Shown here piece after piece: positions 29,017-38,097 of a DNA stretch of 64,000 nt. Source of the DNA: Polyangiaceae bacterium (GTDB taxonomy: Bacteria; Myxococcota_A; Polyangia; Polyangiales; Polyangiaceae). Both the position numbers and the translations under genes were made by a program. The notes beneath the pieces are model-generated. The model searched no databases and was not told where the DNA came from. It was given only the letters and a program-made list of their open reading frames with translations. The stretch lies in contig CBDCTZ010000016.1 in NCBI GenBank assembly GCA_965222375.1, forward strand, positions 1,184,001 through 1,248,000, written 5' to 3'. Each line of letters starts with the position of its first letter. The stretch's first letter is position 1.

Positions 29017-30714
29017 ATGATAGCGACCGGATTTGCACAGGAACTCGCGCGGAGTGGCCTGGCACCAACAGAATTACAGAAGTTTCTAGGCAGCGCCAAG
29101 CAACTCGAGCCCGAGGAAATGCGACTGCTCGTGGAGCAAGCCCTGCACCTAATGGAAGACTTCTACGTCCACCTACCGCTCAAACAGTCGATGTACGCGG
29201 TGAATCCGGTGCAACGTCTCCGCCTCCTCCGCCGACGGATCGGTCACATTGGTGACCGCGAGTTCCACCAGGAGATGATCTCGACGTTCCTGGACGTTCG
29301 CGACCTTCACACGAACTACATCCTACCCGACCCCTACCGACGGGCGACAGCGGTTCTGCCCTTCGAGCTTGCCGCCTTCACCAGAGCGGAAGAACGCCGG
29401 TACCTCGTGTCGCGTCTGTTGTTGGGCTTCGCTCACGCTTCGTTCGTGCCTGGCTCGATCGTTACGCATTGGAACGGCGTGGCGATCGAGCGAGCCGTCG
29501 CCAACAACGCGGAACGCAACGCCGGTAGCAACCCAGCGGCGCGGTTCGCGCGCGGCCTAGAACGTATGACTATCCGTCCGCTGATGATGTCGCTGCCCCC
29601 GGACGAGGACTGGGTGGATGTGCGCTACATAGGCGGCGACGGGAAGGCTCGAGAGGTCCGGTTTGAATGGCAGATCGTGGGTCCGCCCAGTGGCGCGGGT
29701 GATGAGGCCGTGAGTCTAGAAGGTGTCGATGAGGCCGGGCTCGGTAGCTTCCTATCGGACGGAATTGACGCCGAGGCGGACAACGTGCGTTTGCTGAAAG
29801 ACCAAGTCTTCGATGAAAAAGTCACGGCTTTGACCCGAGCGATCACAGCGTCACTGAACGGACTCGAGGCCCTCGGTACCGAGATCGACTTCTCCGTCGT
29901 GAGCCACCACCCGAGCCTTTTCACGTTCCGCAATCTGGAGGCAGACGGCAAGACCTTGGGGTACATAAAGATCGCCAGTTTCGATCCGACGGCTGCGAGC
30001 GCAGTGCCCGAGGAGCGGGTTGACAAGTTTGTCCAGGAGTTTCAGCGCATCCTCGAGCTCATGCCAGGCGATGGCCTCATCCTCGACGTGCGTGGAAATC
30101 CAGGAGGCAATATTGTCGCCGGTGAGACGCTGCTGCAAATGTTGACGTCTAGAACCATCGAGCCAGAGCGTACGCATTTCGTCACGACGGAAGACATCCT
30201 CAGCTTGTGCAGACGCTTGCCAAGTTGGTTTGAGCGATGGACGCCTTCCATCGAACGCGCCGTTCAGACCGGCGCGAAGTTTTCGCAAGGCTGGCCACTC
30301 TCAGATGACGTGAACTCCATCGGCCGAAAGTACCAGGGGCCGGTAGTCCTCTTGATCGATGCAAGATGCTACAGCACGACTGACATCTTTGCGGCCGGGT
30401 TTCAAGACCACAAGATCGGAAAGGTGCTAGGCACAGCGACCCATACGGGTGCCGGTGGGGCCAATGTTTTCGGTTGGGACCTGCTGAAGCGTATTCATGA
30501 CCTGACACCCGGGCCCAAGACGGTCAAGCAACTCCCGAAGAACGCCTCGTTCCGCGTGGCAATCCGCAGGACGACTCGCGTCGGCGACAACGCCGGCACC
30601 GTGCTGGAAGATTTCGGCGTTGAACCCGACGAGGTTCACATGCCGACGTTGGGCGACCTCCTCGAAGATGACAAGGACTTGTTGGCCCGCGCGGTTGCGA
30701 TTCTGAGCGAGTGA
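29017..30714 (+). CDS. S41-family peptidase without a signal peptide
   Basis: GGAGG RBS; DLHT, GYIKIASF, LILDVRGNPGG, CYSTTDIFAAG, TGAGGANV, GVEPD. Confidence 0.88.
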   Translation: MIATGFAQELARSGLAPTELQKFLGSAKQLEPEEMRLLVEQALHLMEDFYVHLPLKQSMYAVNPVQRLRLLRRRIGHIGDREFHQEMISTFLDVRDLHTNYILPDPYRRATAVLPFELAAFTRAEERRYLVSRLLLGFAHASFVPGSIVTHWNGVAIERAVANNAERNAGSNPAARFARGLERMTIRPLMMSLPPDEDWVDVRYIGGDGKAREVRFEWQIVGPPSGAGDEAVSLEGVDEAGLGSFLSDGIDAEADNVRLLKDQVFDEKVTALTRAITASLNGLEALGTEIDFSVVSHHPSLFTFRNLEADGKTLGYIKIASFDPTAASAVPEERVDKFVQEFQRILELMPGDGLILDVRGNPGGNIVAGETLLQMLTSRTIEPERTHFVTTEDILSLCRRLPSWFERWTPSIERAVQTGAKFSQGWPLSDDVNSIGRKYQGPVVLLIDARCYSTTDIFAAGFQDHKIGKVLGTATHTGAGGANVFGWDLLKRIHDLTPGPKTVKQLPKNASFRVAIRRTTRVGDNAGTVLEDFGVEPDEVHMPTLGDLLEDDKDLLARAVAILSE

Positions 30715-30718
30715 TTCG

Positions 30719-32668
30719 GTGTTCGGCGTTCTGTTGACCGCGTGCTTGGGCGGACGTGGCTGGCTTCGCTCCGCGATATGGAGTGTCGTCGCCATGTGCG
30801 CACTTGGTCTGAGTGAAGCCAATGCGCAGACGAAGAAGCCGCCGAGAGCGGCGACCAAGCCAGTGCTGTACATCGGAGCGCTGGCAAGTCATCAGCTGAG
30901 TCCGCAGGAACGCCCGCTCTACGCTCTGGTCGAGAGTGCGCTTCTCGACGGTGCGCGCATTGGCGCCCGCCAACTCAACAGCAAGTACGCTGACGTCACG
31001 TCATACTCGCGGATCGTCGAATTGCAGCGCAAGGTCGACGGGACGGCGCGCCGCCTGGAACGCTACGCCGGGGCGGACATCATCGACAAGTTTCAGAAGG
31101 AGCGCAGACGCTTTCACAAAGCGAAAGGTGAGGCGCACTACCTGAGCGCCCAGATTCACCTCCTCCCAGACGGCAAGATACGCGTGGATCTCGAACTTTA
31201 CGCGTTTCAGAACGGAACGCGGGTCGACTTGCTGAAGCGGGTGGGTGGTTGTGGCGAGGAAACCGAGACGGTACTCGACCGGGTGCAGGAGGCAGCTCGT
31301 CAGGTAGTACTGCCCAGAAGCAGGTCGGAGGCCGTGCCACCGATCAATGTGCTGCCGGGGTCCGTCGTGACGTTGGGGAGCATGGTGACGTTGCGGAGCT
31401 GCGCCGAAGTGCTCTATGACGACGACCAGCTCGTGTACGAGTGGAAACTGGTCGGGGCGCGGGTCGTGCCACTGAGTGGCGACGGAGGGCGTCGCTACCG
31501 GTTTCGCGCTACTGAGCTCGGTCGACAACGCGTTAGGTTGTGTGTTCGACGAGTCGTCGGCCCCGGGAGAGCCTGCTCTGAGGTCGAGGTCCACGTCACC
31601 CAAAAGCCGCGCGCCCACGCGGGCAAGAATGAACTTCGCAGACCTGGCTCACGAATCCGACTCGATTCATCGCGTTCGCTTCCCGTCAGCGCCAAGCGTG
31701 TTTGGCGCCTGATCTCTGCGCCCACCCCGCCGTCCGGGTTTCCGTGCACGGAATCGACGAAGCGGCAGTGCGAGTTCGTCGCATCACACGCCGGGCGCTA
31801 CGAGTTCGAACTCCAGGTGAGCAATCCCCTCGGGCAGTCTTTGGATCGCGTCACGTATCTGGTGGCCGACGGGCCCACCGCAAGTGCTGTCGGGTCGGAC
31901 CAGTCGGCGACTCTCGGTGTCGAGGCCGTGCTCGACGCTCGCTCCAGCTCCGACACCGTCGATGCCAACCCTCGCTACTACTGGCGTATCGTCAGCGGCC
32001 CAAAGGGCTGGCAAAGGCACGCGACGCTCGCGACGCCACATTCTGCGACGCCGGTGTTTGCGGCGGCGGACGCTGGCCTGTACGAGGTCGAGCTGCGCGT
32101 GAGCGCACGGCGTGACCTCGGCCGAGTCGTGATGCTGGATGAAGGTACAACGAAACATCGCATTCACGTTGGTGTACCGGGCTGGACACTGTTCGCTGGA
32201 ACGGAAGTTGTGCGCGCGTCGGAACCGTTTCCGCTGCCACTATTCATTGCGCCTACTATTGGAGTGTCCGTACGCCCGCTGTCCATGCTGGCTAGGTCGG
32301 GCAGCAGCTGCCTGCTCTCGAGCTGGTCTTGCCGGGTCGATCTCCGCGCAACCCAGAGTCTGGCGCGGATCGACCTAGATCGTGACCCAACCAGCAAGCA
32401 AGAGGAGATCCAATCCGGAGGCGGTGCGACTCTTGGGGTCGGCTACCTCCTAGGAAGCCCCACGCGGCTATCGCTCACGCCTCACGGAGACTTCTACTTT
32501 CGTCTGGACGGAGATGGCGCCACCGGCTTCGGCGCCAACGCAGAGATCGGCGTCGCTCTCGCAGGCAATCTTCAGCTGCTTTGGACTCCCGGGTATCTGA
32601 GATTGTTTCAGAACGATGCAAACGCGGACCTGCTACGCATTGGGCTAGCGCTCGGGTGGCACGAATGA
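30719..32668 (+). CDS. Exported protein with three PKD/Ig-like domains and a probable C-terminal beta-barrel; start uncertain
   Basis: Signal-like AIWSVVAMCALGLSEANA; LDSSRS..W..GRYEFELQV and LDARSSSD..YYW..GLYEVEL; C-terminal amphipathic strands. Confidence 0.7.
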   Translation: MFGVLLTACLGGRGWLRSAIWSVVAMCALGLSEANAQTKKPPRAATKPVLYIGALASHQLSPQERPLYALVESALLDGARIGARQLNSKYADVTSYSRIVELQRKVDGTARRLERYAGADIIDKFQKERRRFHKAKGEAHYLSAQIHLLPDGKIRVDLELYAFQNGTRVDLLKRVGGCGEETETVLDRVQEAARQVVLPRSRSEAVPPINVLPGSVVTLGSMVTLRSCAEVLYDDDQLVYEWKLVGARVVPLSGDGGRRYRFRATELGRQRVRLCVRRVVGPGRACSEVEVHVTQKPRAHAGKNELRRPGSRIRLDSSRSLPVSAKRVWRLISAPTPPSGFPCTESTKRQCEFVASHAGRYEFELQVSNPLGQSLDRVTYLVADGPTASAVGSDQSATLGVEAVLDARSSSDTVDANPRYYWRIVSGPKGWQRHATLATPHSATPVFAAADAGLYEVELRVSARRDLGRVVMLDEGTTKHRIHVGVPGWTLFAGTEVVRASEPFPLPLFIAPTIGVSVRPLSMLARSGSSCLLSSWSCRVDLRATQSLARIDLDRDPTSKQEEIQSGGGATLGVGYLLGSPTRLSLTPHGDFYFRLDGDGATGFGANAEIGVALAGNLQLLWTPGYLRLFQNDANADLLRIGLALGWHE

Positions 32669-34638
32669 ACCGCTACTACGCTGCCTGTCTAGTTGCGCTG
32701 ACGTTATCGGTCCCTGCCACCTCGCTGGCCTCCGGTGGAGGTTCCTTCCGCTGCGCTGGTATCCACGTAGCCCTCGAGGATGGGCCGCTGTCGCCCGCGC
32801 AGGGCGCAGCATTGGAACGCGCTGTCGGGGTGATGGTCGCGGCCAAGGGGCTCACGCAGGCTTCGCGCGAGGCCGCCCAACTCACGCTTAGGCTGAGCGC
32901 AACTCGCAAGCTCGTCCCCGTACCGTTCGACTACACGAAGAAGACGAGCTTGTTTACCCTGACCGCGCGGCTGAGCTCTTGGCATTCGTACGACGAATCT
33001 CGCACGCTCAAAGACGAGCCTTGGACGCCAAACTCACTCGAAACGTTCGTGGCCGACGTTGCAAAGTCGCTCGTTGCGCCAGCGCTCAGAAAACTCTCTC
33101 ACGGCGTCCTGATTGAGAGTTCAGCCCATGGACGTCTTGTGCTGCGCGGGCCCGCGCAGCTCACACGCCGCATCAACGGCAAGCCACTGCCGCTCACGAT
33201 TGGCTGCCTACCAGATGGCGCACTGCTCACCGGCACGGTGGAGTTTCGGCACGCCCGCACCACCGAAGTCACCCCTTTGCCGCGTACTACGATCGCGCGA
33301 GCCACGGTCCGGGAGGCCACCGTTCGCGTGGAGCCTCCTGCGGCAGCGCCCGAGCCGTCTGCTCTGCCGCCTGGCGTCGATCCGCAGGGTCACCAGGGCG
33401 AGCCCCCACCGACCAGGAAGGTTACGTGGCTCGTCGGTGGTGCGATCGCGATTGCGATCGGCAGCGTTGTGTTGTTCGGATTGATACGGCGCCGCCGCGC
33501 CAACCGCGATCCCGGCCAACGGCGCGCGCCGAATAACAGAGAGCCCGAGCTGCTTTCGGAGAGCGCCATCCCCGATCTGACCGGGGTCGAATTCAAGGCC
33601 CTGTGCCTCGCGATGAAGAGCGCGTTCCCCAGCGAAGCCGACTTGCGCGGCATGTTGCGTCAAGAGCTGAACCTGCGGCTGGATGACTTTACCTCAGGTG
33701 CGCTGGATGAACGCGTCCACCGGCTGGTTGAATGGGCGGAAGCTCGCGGCCGCGTTGAAGAGCTCGTCGCAGGGGCCCGAATCGCGAATGACGGTAACGC
33801 GGCTCTGAAACACTTTGCAGATCGCTATCTGAGCTCCATTCAGCGCAGCGTCGCGCAGCGTGAGCGCCGTCCCGAACTGGAGAAGATTGTCCGCTCCAAT
33901 CTGGCTTTCAAGGACATCTCCGCGTGGCGTGCCCGGCTCGAGCGTATCGAGCGCCAAGTGTGCGTTGTCGAAATCGCAGGACACCCCGCGGGCACCGGGT
34001 TCCTGGTTGCCAAAGATCTGGTCCTCACGAACCATCATGTCGTCCGAAGCCAACTTCAAGAGAGTAAACCCAAGGTGGTGGCTCGCTTTGACTACCGGGT
34101 CTTGCCCAATGCAGAGATCTCCGACAAGGGTATAGCGCACGCCGTCAGTGGGAGTGACTGGTTGGTTGCCTCCAGCCCTCACAGCCCGGTCGACACGACG
34201 CCGCCCAACGAGCGTGAGCGCGAACCCTCCCGAGATGAGTTGGATTTCGCGTTGATCCGCCTCGAAGTCGCCGCAGGAGAGGAGTCCGTTGAGGAGGAAG
34301 CGAGGGGTTGGGTTGAGCTCCCGAACGACGAGCCGTTGATCGAACCGGACAGCCCGTTGCTGATACCTCAGCACCCACATGGAAAGCCGATGCAGCTCGC
34401 GTTCGATACCCAGAGCATCATTGCAGTGAACGAGCAAAAGACGCGGGTTCGGTACCGAACCAACACAGATCCGGGGTCGTCTGGTTCACCATGCTTCGAT
34501 GCGAATTGGGAGCTCATCGCTTTGCATCACAGTGGCGAGCCCGGTGTGATTGACGCCACGTACAATGAGGGCATTCCCATCTACACGATTGCGAACGCGC
34601 TGGCGCAAGACGTTCGTGAGGAGCTGGGATGGCTGTGA
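32665..34638 (+). CDS. Signal peptide-ectodomain-TM-EAD1-trypsin-like serine protease
   Basis: ATGA overlap with the previous gene; TM 33421-33486 followed by RRRR; EAD1 pattern LTG....L..A..SAFP...L..ML...L..RLD....LVEWAEARG....L..GAR..N.GN..L; triad LTNHHV / ELDFAL / PGSSGSP. Confidence 0.88.
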   Translation: MNRYYAACLVALTLSVPATSLASGGGSFRCAGIHVALEDGPLSPAQGAALERAVGVMVAAKGLTQASREAAQLTLRLSATRKLVPVPFDYTKKTSLFTLTARLSSWHSYDESRTLKDEPWTPNSLETFVADVAKSLVAPALRKLSHGVLIESSAHGRLVLRGPAQLTRRINGKPLPLTIGCLPDGALLTGTVEFRHARTTEVTPLPRTTIARATVREATVRVEPPAAAPEPSALPPGVDPQGHQGEPPPTRKVTWLVGGAIAIAIGSVVLFGLIRRRRANRDPGQRRAPNNREPELLSESAIPDLTGVEFKALCLAMKSAFPSEADLRGMLRQELNLRLDDFTSGALDERVHRLVEWAEARGRVEELVAGARIANDGNAALKHFADRYLSSIQRSVAQRERRPELEKIVRSNLAFKDISAWRARLERIERQVCVVEIAGHPAGTGFLVAKDLVLTNHHVVRSQLQESKPKVVARFDYRVLPNAEISDKGIAHAVSGSDWLVASSPHSPVDTTPPNEREREPSRDELDFALIRLEVAAGEESVEEEARGWVELPNDEPLIEPDSPLLIPQHPHGKPMQLAFDTQSIIAVNEQKTRVRYRTNTDPGSSGSPCFDANWELIALHHSGEPGVIDATYNEGIPIYTIANALAQDVREELGWL

Positions 34639-34707
34639 TGACATTCACAGTCGACACTACACCGTTTCCGAAAGCCCACTTTCGGTCCCCTGTCCACAGG
34701 AGAGGCA

Positions 34708-35856
34708 ATGGTCGCAATAGTCAACAATGAGATCGATGGTCCATGCACCCATGCGTTCGTGCTCGGTGTGAGTCGCTATCGGCACCTCGCTGACGGTGCT
34801 GAGCCCACCGTCGCTGGGGCGCAGTCCGGCCTTGCGCAGTTGAGCAGTGCTGCGCGCTCGGCGTCCGAGTTCGCCGCCTGGCTTCTCAAGGACTACGGGA
34901 AGTCTGGGAAGAAGCTGGGAAGCGTGTTCTTCTGCGCTGCGCCGGCAGCCGACGAAGTGATCCATGCGGATGTCGCAGCCCACCTCAACGCGCCACCCGA
35001 TGCCTTGAGGCAGTCCGTCTTGAAGGACTGGCGGGCGTTTCGCAAACTCTGTCTTGCAGACCGAGCCGCGACAGCGATCGTCTATGTGGCTGGGCATGGC
35101 GTTCAGCTGACCAAGCAAGGCGCTACCCTCCTACTCGAGGACTTCGGCGGTGACGCGCAAGAAGCGACGCTGTGGGCCGCCCTCGACATGCGCGGTTTGC
35201 ACGCCTCACTCAACGGCGAGCAGGCCGCCGCGCACCAGTTTTGGTTCGTGGACAGTTGTCGTGAGCGTCCAGCGATTGCTGGCCAGTTTGAGACCATGCA
35301 GGGGGCTTATCGAGGTGATGAACCTTTCGGGAGGTGCGTCGCATCGCCGTTGTTCCTCGCCGCCGGCCCCCGCGAGCGCGCCTGGGCGCGCGTCGGGGGT
35401 GTCAGTCTATTCAACGAAGCTCTGCTGGCATGTCTCAGAGGGGCTGCAGCGGTTGGGCCCAGGAAACAGGGTGAGCGCTGGCAAGTCACCACCGCCAGTC
35501 TCGCCGAAACCTTGCTCCCTCGCATACAGCGTGCGTCTGGTTCAGCCATGCAGATCGCGGAACTCACGGGACACGTAGGCACCACCGCCCAGGCGCTCTG
35601 TAGCCTTGAAGAGCCGCCAGCCGTTTCCCTCACCCTCACCCTCGATCCCGACGAAGCGCATGCGAACTCACGGGCGACCCTATCTCGTGGCAACGAGAAG
35701 ATCGTCGAAGATGCGGATGACTGGCCCCTGGTTCGTGAGGTTGCTGCAGGCCTCTACATCATAAAGGTGACAACCAGCTTGCCGTTCTCGGAGAAGAGGG
35801 ATGCCCTGAACGCCTTGCCGCCCGAGTATTCACACAGTGTGGAGATGGACCGATGA
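34708..35856 (+). CDS. Caspase-family (peptidase C14-like) protease
   Basis: HAFVLGVSRY, YVAGHG (His), FVDSCR (Cys), SLFNEALL. Confidence 0.88.
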   Translation: MVAIVNNEIDGPCTHAFVLGVSRYRHLADGAEPTVAGAQSGLAQLSSAARSASEFAAWLLKDYGKSGKKLGSVFFCAAPAADEVIHADVAAHLNAPPDALRQSVLKDWRAFRKLCLADRAATAIVYVAGHGVQLTKQGATLLLEDFGGDAQEATLWAALDMRGLHASLNGEQAAAHQFWFVDSCRERPAIAGQFETMQGAYRGDEPFGRCVASPLFLAAGPRERAWARVGGVSLFNEALLACLRGAAAVGPRKQGERWQVTTASLAETLLPRIQRASGSAMQIAELTGHVGTTAQALCSLEEPPAVSLTLTLDPDEAHANSRATLSRGNEKIVEDADDWPLVREVAAGLYIIKVTTSLPFSEKRDALNALPPEYSHSVEMDR

Positions 35857-36887
35857 AATCGGGCAAGTTGACGACCTGGCTGGAAACAGACTCCGCGCAA
35901 CTTCGCATGACCTTGCCCATTCAGGTCCGAGATAGCGAATTGGCGTTGGTCCGTGAAACGAAGAGAGGCGACACCGTCGATCTCGACCCAGGATGGTACG
36001 AAGTGAGCGCGGTTCTCGATGACGGCCGTGCGCGATCGCAACTCGTCGAAATCAAATCCGGCGAGGACACCGAGGTGTCGCTCGGGCTCTCGGACGCGAA
36101 GTCGAGCCAGGCGCTTGCTCAGGGGTTCGATGGGTTGGAGGCGCTGCCGGAACGTCCAGAACTCATCGACATCGTTGGAGCAACCGCCGTGGCCCGGGCT
36201 GACCGACCCCCAAAACCAAACTATACGTCAGGCGAAACCTGGTGGTTTACCCACAAACCACTCGGAAGTGGGACGCCGTCTGTCAAGATTGCGTTGGACG
36301 GTGTGACGCGCAGCATCTCCCTGCCGATCAATCCTGAAGGTCATGGGAGCGAGGCATTCTGCTTCGTCAGCTTCGAGCGCTATGCCGACGGCTCCGCGGC
36401 GCGGGCCTGGGTCAGCCCAGCTCGCATCGTATCGAGCGCCGTGCAGCAGATGCTGGCCCGAGGACGCACGTTCACTGCGCACACCGTTGTCGACGCCAGC
36501 GCCGAGCAACTCCTATACGACAAGTATCGGGACCCGGTAGGAGCGGTTCTAGGCGCGCTAGTACTATATCAGGCCGGAGTGTTGCAGAAGCGCCTTGGGT
36601 GGCTCGAGAACCTCGCACGCGATTTCACGTGGCTACCGGACGGTCGAATTCTTCTCGGCGCGTTGCTGCTTCGGGACCAAGCGACCGAGCAGCGGGCGAT
36701 CTCCTTGTTGCTCGGAAGTGGGTGGGAACGGCCGATGTTCACGCTTACCTTTTCGGTCTTGCTCGATGTGCTGCGCACCTGGCAAAACCGCAGCTTGAAA
36801 GCGAAAGCGGCGTTGAATGACGTCGCATTGATGGCGGCCCGTGTCGACTGGAGCGCCTCCACATTCACTCTCAGAGAGGACGGTTGA
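35853..36887 (+). CDS. Hypothetical caspase-associated protein
   Basis: ATGA-coupled to the caspase; N-terminal beta-sandwich (LDPGWYEV) and helical C-terminus (KYRDPVGA..WLENL..F.WLPDG). Confidence 0.75.
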   Translation: MKSGKLTTWLETDSAQLRMTLPIQVRDSELALVRETKRGDTVDLDPGWYEVSAVLDDGRARSQLVEIKSGEDTEVSLGLSDAKSSQALAQGFDGLEALPERPELIDIVGATAVARADRPPKPNYTSGETWWFTHKPLGSGTPSVKIALDGVTRSISLPINPEGHGSEAFCFVSFERYADGSAARAWVSPARIVSSAVQQMLARGRTFTAHTVVDASAEQLLYDKYRDPVGAVLGALVLYQAGVLQKRLGWLENLARDFTWLPDGRILLGALLLRDQATEQRAISLLLGSGWERPMFTLTFSVLLDVLRTWQNRSLKAKAALNDVALMAARVDWSASTFTLREDG

Positions 36888-36888
36888 C

Positions 36889-38097
36889 ATGCACCTGACG
36901 ATGCTCCCTGCTGGTGAAGGAGACGCGCTTTGGCTGCGCTGGGGGCCGGCGTCCGACCGTCGCCAATTGTTGGTTGACCTTGGCGTGAATGCCACTGGCA
37001 AGGCATTTCGCAAACGCCTTGCTACGCTGCCCGAGGCACAACGAGCTTTCGAGCTGCTCGTCGTGACGCATGTGGACACCGACCACATCTACGGCGTACT
37101 CAGCGGCTTGGTGACCGAGGACCCACTGCCTGGACTGACCTTCAAGGACGTTTGGTTCAATGGCTGGACGCATCTAGACGGCCACGCGGTCGAGCCGCTC
37201 GAGCCGGGGCTGACCGGCACTGCTTTGGCCGAAAACGCCGCTGGTCACTTGTTCGGCAATGAGCTCGAGCCCTTTGGTGGCAAGCAAGGCGAGCAATTCA
37301 GCATCTGGCTACGCAACCAGAAGTGGAACGACGCCTTTCAGGGCGGTCCCGTTCGCCGGGAGGATGCTGCCCTCGGCCCGGCGATCACCTTGGCGCACGA
37401 CCTGCATCTGACGGTCTTGGGTCCCACCCAGACGCGTTTGACTGAACTGAAGCCAAAGTGGCGACGCGACGTCGAGGCGGCGCTGAAAAACCAGACTCTC
37501 GATCCGAACGAAGTCTCCCCGGACTTGGTGCCGGGAGGGCTGGAGCCGATGGGAAGGAGCAAACCCACGGCACCCAAGTTGGACTCGACCCAGAGCCTCG
37601 AGACCCTTGCCGACGGTTCGTCCACTGGCGACACGAGCGCGCCCAACGGCAGCAGTATCGCGCTACTTCTCGAGTACGGCAACATGCGCATGATTCTGGC
37701 CGGTGACGCATTCCCTGAGGATCTCATCGACGCCGTGGCGCTACTCGATCCCGACAGGCGTGCTCTCACCCTTTTCAAGCTGCCGCACCACGGTAGCCAA
37801 AACAACGTGTCCACCGCGCTGGTCGAGGCGGTAAGCTGCCGTCATTGGTTGGTCTCCAGCAACGGAGCCAAGCACTACCATCCGGACGCAGCGGCTGTGG
37901 CCCGCGTTGTGAAGTATGGCCAGCCAGCCAGCCCCGTCTTGCACTTCAACGAGCCGAGTCCCTACAACAGCTGGTGGGACAATCCCGCCTGGCGTGAGAA
38001 GCACGGGTATGAGACCGCGTACGGCTCGAAGAGCGACGGCTTGACGCTTGTCGTTGCACAGGACGGAAGTGTCGTCGCAGGACGCGAGTTCACATGA
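36889..38097 (+). CDS. MBL-fold (ComEC/Rec2-like) metallo-hydrolase, putative pro-nuclease
   Basis: MLPAGEGDALW, LVDLG, THVDTDH, NGSSIA, LAGDA, KLPHHGS, HYHP. Confidence 0.88.
   Translation: MHLTMLPAGEGDALWLRWGPASDRRQLLVDLGVNATGKAFRKRLATLPEAQRAFELLVVTHVDTDHIYGVLSGLVTEDPLPGLTFKDVWFNGWTHLDGHAVEPLEPGLTGTALAENAAGHLFGNELEPFGGKQGEQFSIWLRNQKWNDAFQGGPVRREDAALGPAITLAHDLHLTVLGPTQTRLTELKPKWRRDVEAALKNQTLDPNEVSPDLVPGGLEPMGRSKPTAPKLDSTQSLETLADGSSTGDTSAPNGSSIALLLEYGNMRMILAGDAFPEDLIDAVALLDPDRRALTLFKLPHHGSQNNVSTALVEAVSCRHWLVSSNGAKHYHPDAAAVARVVKYGQPASPVLHFNEPSPYNSWWDNPAWREKHGYETAYGSKSDGLTLVVAQDGSVVAGREFT

Noticed and set aside
36889..38097. Beta-lactamase or competence ComEC
   Set aside because: No signal peptide or membrane competence domain; the context is a protease operon.
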